DNA from: Methanocaldococcus jannaschii DSM 2661
GTDB taxonomy: Archaea; AGJL01; Methanococci; Methanococcales; Methanocaldococcaceae
NCBI RefSeq assembly: GCF_000091665.1
Contig: NC_000909.1
Location: forward strand, 1,494,118-1,526,117
Reading direction: 5' to 3'
Length of the DNA: 32,000 nt
In this document: positions 29,778-32,000 of the stretch, in pieces
Layout: each line of letters opens with the position of its first letter
Numbering within the stretch: position 1 is the stretch's first letter
The notes under the pieces: generated by a model
Seen by the model: only the letters and a program-made list of their open reading frames with translations
Told to the model about the DNA's origin: nothing
Databases searched by the model: none
Made by a program: the position numbers and the translations under genes

Positions 29778-30473
29778 ATGGAGAAAGTAGCAATATACAT
29801 TATAGGAGATATTGTTTTAGCTGAAAATACTGGAAAAGCTCTAAAAAAATGGAGGAATTTATTCAACATCCAGCAGATTGAGTTAGCTAAATACTTAAAC
29901 GTTTCTCCATCCGTTATAAGTGATTATGAAGTTGGAAGAAGAAAAAACCCAGGAGTGAATATTATAAAAAAGTATGTTTTGGCATTAATAGAAATAGATA
30001 AGGAGAAGGGAGGACAAACAATAAAAGCATTAAAAAGAATTTTAGATAAAAGCCCTTCAATGAAGGCAATTTTATCAATAAAAGAGTATGAAAACCCAAT
30101 AACCCTTAATGAATTTGTAAATATTATTGATGGAGAAATTGCCGTTGGAGATAACTCAGACACTCCAATATATGGGCATACAGTTGTTGATAGTATAAAG
30201 GCAATATTAGAGATGACAGGAGATGATTTCTATCATTTATACGGATGGACTACTGAAAGAGCTTTAATATTCACAAACGTCTCTACTGGAAGAAGCCCAA
30301 TGGTTGCTGTTAGAGTCAGCATAATGAAGCCAAGAGTTGTTGTTTTGCAGGGAATAAATAAAGACAAGATAGACAGCTTAGCTTTAAAATTAGCTGAGAT
30401 TGATAACATCCCACTAATAACAACCCATTTAGATACTAAAGAACTTATAAAAAGACTAAATGAGATAAAATAA
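29778..30473 (+). CDS. Archaeal XRE-type HTH transcriptional regulator with a conserved C-terminal domain
   Basis: HTH segment [26 protein letters not shown] prefer the ATG at 29778 over the TTG at 29748. Confidence 0.7.
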   Translation: MEKVAIYIIGDIVLAENTGKALKKWRNLFNIQQIELAKYLNVSPSVISDYEVGRRKNPGVNIIKKYVLALIEIDKEKGGQTIKALKRILDKSPSMKAILSIKEYENPITLNEFVNIIDGEIAVGDNSDTPIYGHTVVDSIKAILEMTGDDFYHLYGWTTERALIFTNVSTGRSPMVAVRVSIMKPRVVVLQGINKDKIDSLALKLAEIDNIPLITTHLDTKELIKRLNEIK

Positions 30474-30483
30474 GGGGGAAATT

Positions 30484-31521
30484 ATGGCGGGTATTGTTGG
30501 TTATGGAGCATACATCCCAAAATATAGGATAAAAGTTGAAGAAATAGCAAGAGTATGGAACAAAGACCCGGAATCAATAAAAAAAGGACTTTTGGTATAT
30601 GAGAAAGCAGTTCCAAGCTTGGATGAAGACACTGCAACTATTGCAGTTGAAGCAGCAAGAAATGCATTAAAAAGAGCTGAAATAGACCCAAAAGACATTG
30701 GAGCTGTTTATGTTGGGAGTGAAAGCCACCCTTATGCAGTTAAACCAACTGCTACAATAGTTGCTGAGGCTATAGATGCAACTCCAGACTTAACTGCAGC
30801 GGATTTAGAGTTTGCTTGCAAAGCTGGAACAGCAGGAATTCAGATGTGTATGGGATTGGTTGAGAGCGGCTTAATCAAATACGGATTAGCTATTGGGGCA
30901 GATACTGCCCAAGGAGCTCCAGGAGATGCTTTGGAATACACGGCAGCAGCTGGAGGAGCTGCCTATATAATAGGAAAATCAAACGTTATAGCTGAATTCA
31001 ACGGCACTTATTCATACACAACAGACACCCCAGACTTCTGGAGGAGAGAAGGAAAGCCATATCCAAGACATGGAGGAAGATTTACAGGAGAGCCAGCATA
31101 CTTTAGACATGTAATTAATGCTGCTAAAGGATTGATGGAAAAAATGGGAACAAAGCCAGAAGATTATGATTACTGCGTATTCCACCAACCAAACGGAAAA
31201 TTCTATATTAGGGTAGCTAAGATTTTGGGCTTTAAGGAAGAGCAATATAAAATAGGGCTATTAACCCCTTATATTGGAAACACTTACTCAGGAGCTGTTC
31301 CTTTAGGGTTATCAAATGTCTTAGATAATTGTGAAGGTGGAGAGAGAATTTTAGCAGTCTCCTATGGAAGTGGGGCTGGAAGTGATGCCTTCGACATAAC
31401 AGTAACTGATAGAATAAATAAAGTCAAAGACAAAGCTCCAAAAACAGCCTATTACTTAGAGAGGAAAGAATATATCGACTATGCAATATATGCCAAATTT
31501 AGAAAGAAAATTAAGATGTGA
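30484..31521 (+). CDS. Archaeal HMG-CoA synthase (thiolase-fold condensing enzyme, mevalonate pathway)
   Basis: [16 protein letters not shown], catalytic Cys context [15 protein letters not shown] and YIGNTYSGA. 345 aa and G+C-rich. Confidence 0.85.
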   Translation: MAGIVGYGAYIPKYRIKVEEIARVWNKDPESIKKGLLVYEKAVPSLDEDTATIAVEAARNALKRAEIDPKDIGAVYVGSESHPYAVKPTATIVAEAIDATPDLTAADLEFACKAGTAGIQMCMGLVESGLIKYGLAIGADTAQGAPGDALEYTAAAGGAAYIIGKSNVIAEFNGTYSYTTDTPDFWRREGKPYPRHGGRFTGEPAYFRHVINAAKGLMEKMGTKPEDYDYCVFHQPNGKFYIRVAKILGFKEEQYKIGLLTPYIGNTYSGAVPLGLSNVLDNCEGGERILAVSYGSGAGSDAFDITVTDRINKVKDKAPKTAYYLERKEYIDYAIYAKFRKKIKM

Positions 31522-31886
31522 GCAAAGTTTTTGGAATTCTGCTATATGGTTCTTATGCAAAGAATGAATACACAAAAAGGAGTGATATTGATATATGCTT
31601 AGTAGGGGTTGATAGAAATACATACTTAGAAATCTTAGGAAAATTGGGAAATAAATATGACATAAAAATCTTTGAAGAACTTCCTTTGTATATAAAAATG
31701 GAGATTATAAAAAATCATAAAGTAATTTTTGGAGATGAATTAGAACTTTCAGAGCATTTCTACAAATTTAGAAAGATTTGGAGGGATATGGAAAAGAGGA
31801 TTAGAGAAAATCAGTTCAACAGTGTTAGAGAAAAGGTTATGTTGAGGAGGAGATTTAATGCAAAGAAAGAAGAGATACTTGGATAA
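31518..31886 (+). CDS. Minimal nucleotidyltransferase (MNT/MntA-type, TA-system component)
   Basis: GS-x9-DxD motif [18 protein letters not shown] (nt 31548-31592). The GTG start overlaps the HMG-CoA synthase stop (ATGTGA). Confidence 0.75.
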   Translation: MSKVFGILLYGSYAKNEYTKRSDIDICLVGVDRNTYLEILGKLGNKYDIKIFEELPLYIKMEIIKNHKVIFGDELELSEHFYKFRKIWRDMEKRIRENQFNSVREKVMLRRRFNAKKEEILG

Positions 31887-32000
31887 GCTTGAAAAGTTTG
31901 GGGAAGAATATTACTTCATAAAAGAACATGAAATAAGGGATGAGATTACAAAAAGGGCTTTATTATATTTCTCTTCAAGTATGTGTTGATATTACTATGG
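31858..32000 (+). CDS. HEPN/DUF86 (HepT-like) partner of the MNT gene; partial at the window edge, with an apparent frame break
   Basis: The ATG at 31858 overlaps the MNT gene end by 29 nt and reads [38 protein letters not shown], then reaches TGA at 31987. The DUF86-like LQVCVDIT continues in the +1 frame from 31973. Confidence 0.4.

Overview
The window reads as a very AT-rich archaeal chromosome segment from a hyperthermophilic methanogen. From memory, gene content and order match Methanocaldococcus jannaschii loci of roughly MJ1519 to MJ1548; this could not be verified here. It is tightly packed, with about 30 protein genes on both strands, short intergenic regions, frequent GGTGA-type ribosome-binding sites and several overlapping stop/start junctions. 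Most genes are housekeeping: geranylgeranyl reductase-like flavoprotein, NhaP-type antiporter, cbiE, crcB plus DUF190, the AglB oligosaccharyltransferase, tpiA, ogt, a RimI-like GNAT, hisA, a PINA-type PIN-ATPase-KH protein, mer, thioredoxin reductase, the Sec-pathway kinase PSTK, dadD, ilvC, an archaeal HTH regulator and HMG-CoA synthase. I found no rRNA, tRNA, CRISPR array or IS/transposase. Isolated accessory or defence-flavoured genes sit between the core genes. (1) A giant RecD-like SF1 helicase that runs off the left edge, with an unassigned Cys-bearing N-terminal region of about 550 aa and a C-terminal endonuclease-like module. (2) A solitary type I specificity gene (hsdS) with no hsdM or hsdR nearby. 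(3) An 808-aa OLD/AAA_15-like ABC ATPase whose catalytic positions look substituted, sitting 14 nt upstream of dadD. (4) An AAA+/DUF4143 ATPase. (5) An MNT-HEPN toxin-antitoxin pair abutting HMG-CoA synthase; the HEPN gene shows an apparent frame break at the right edge. The most unusual non-coding signal is a 95-bp nested concentric palindrome in the divergent promoter region between a Cys-motif orphan gene and PSTK. The best candidates for an undescribed system are the degenerate OLD-like ATPase, the helicase-nuclease giant and the palindromic element. All functional readings of these three are inference from motifs only.
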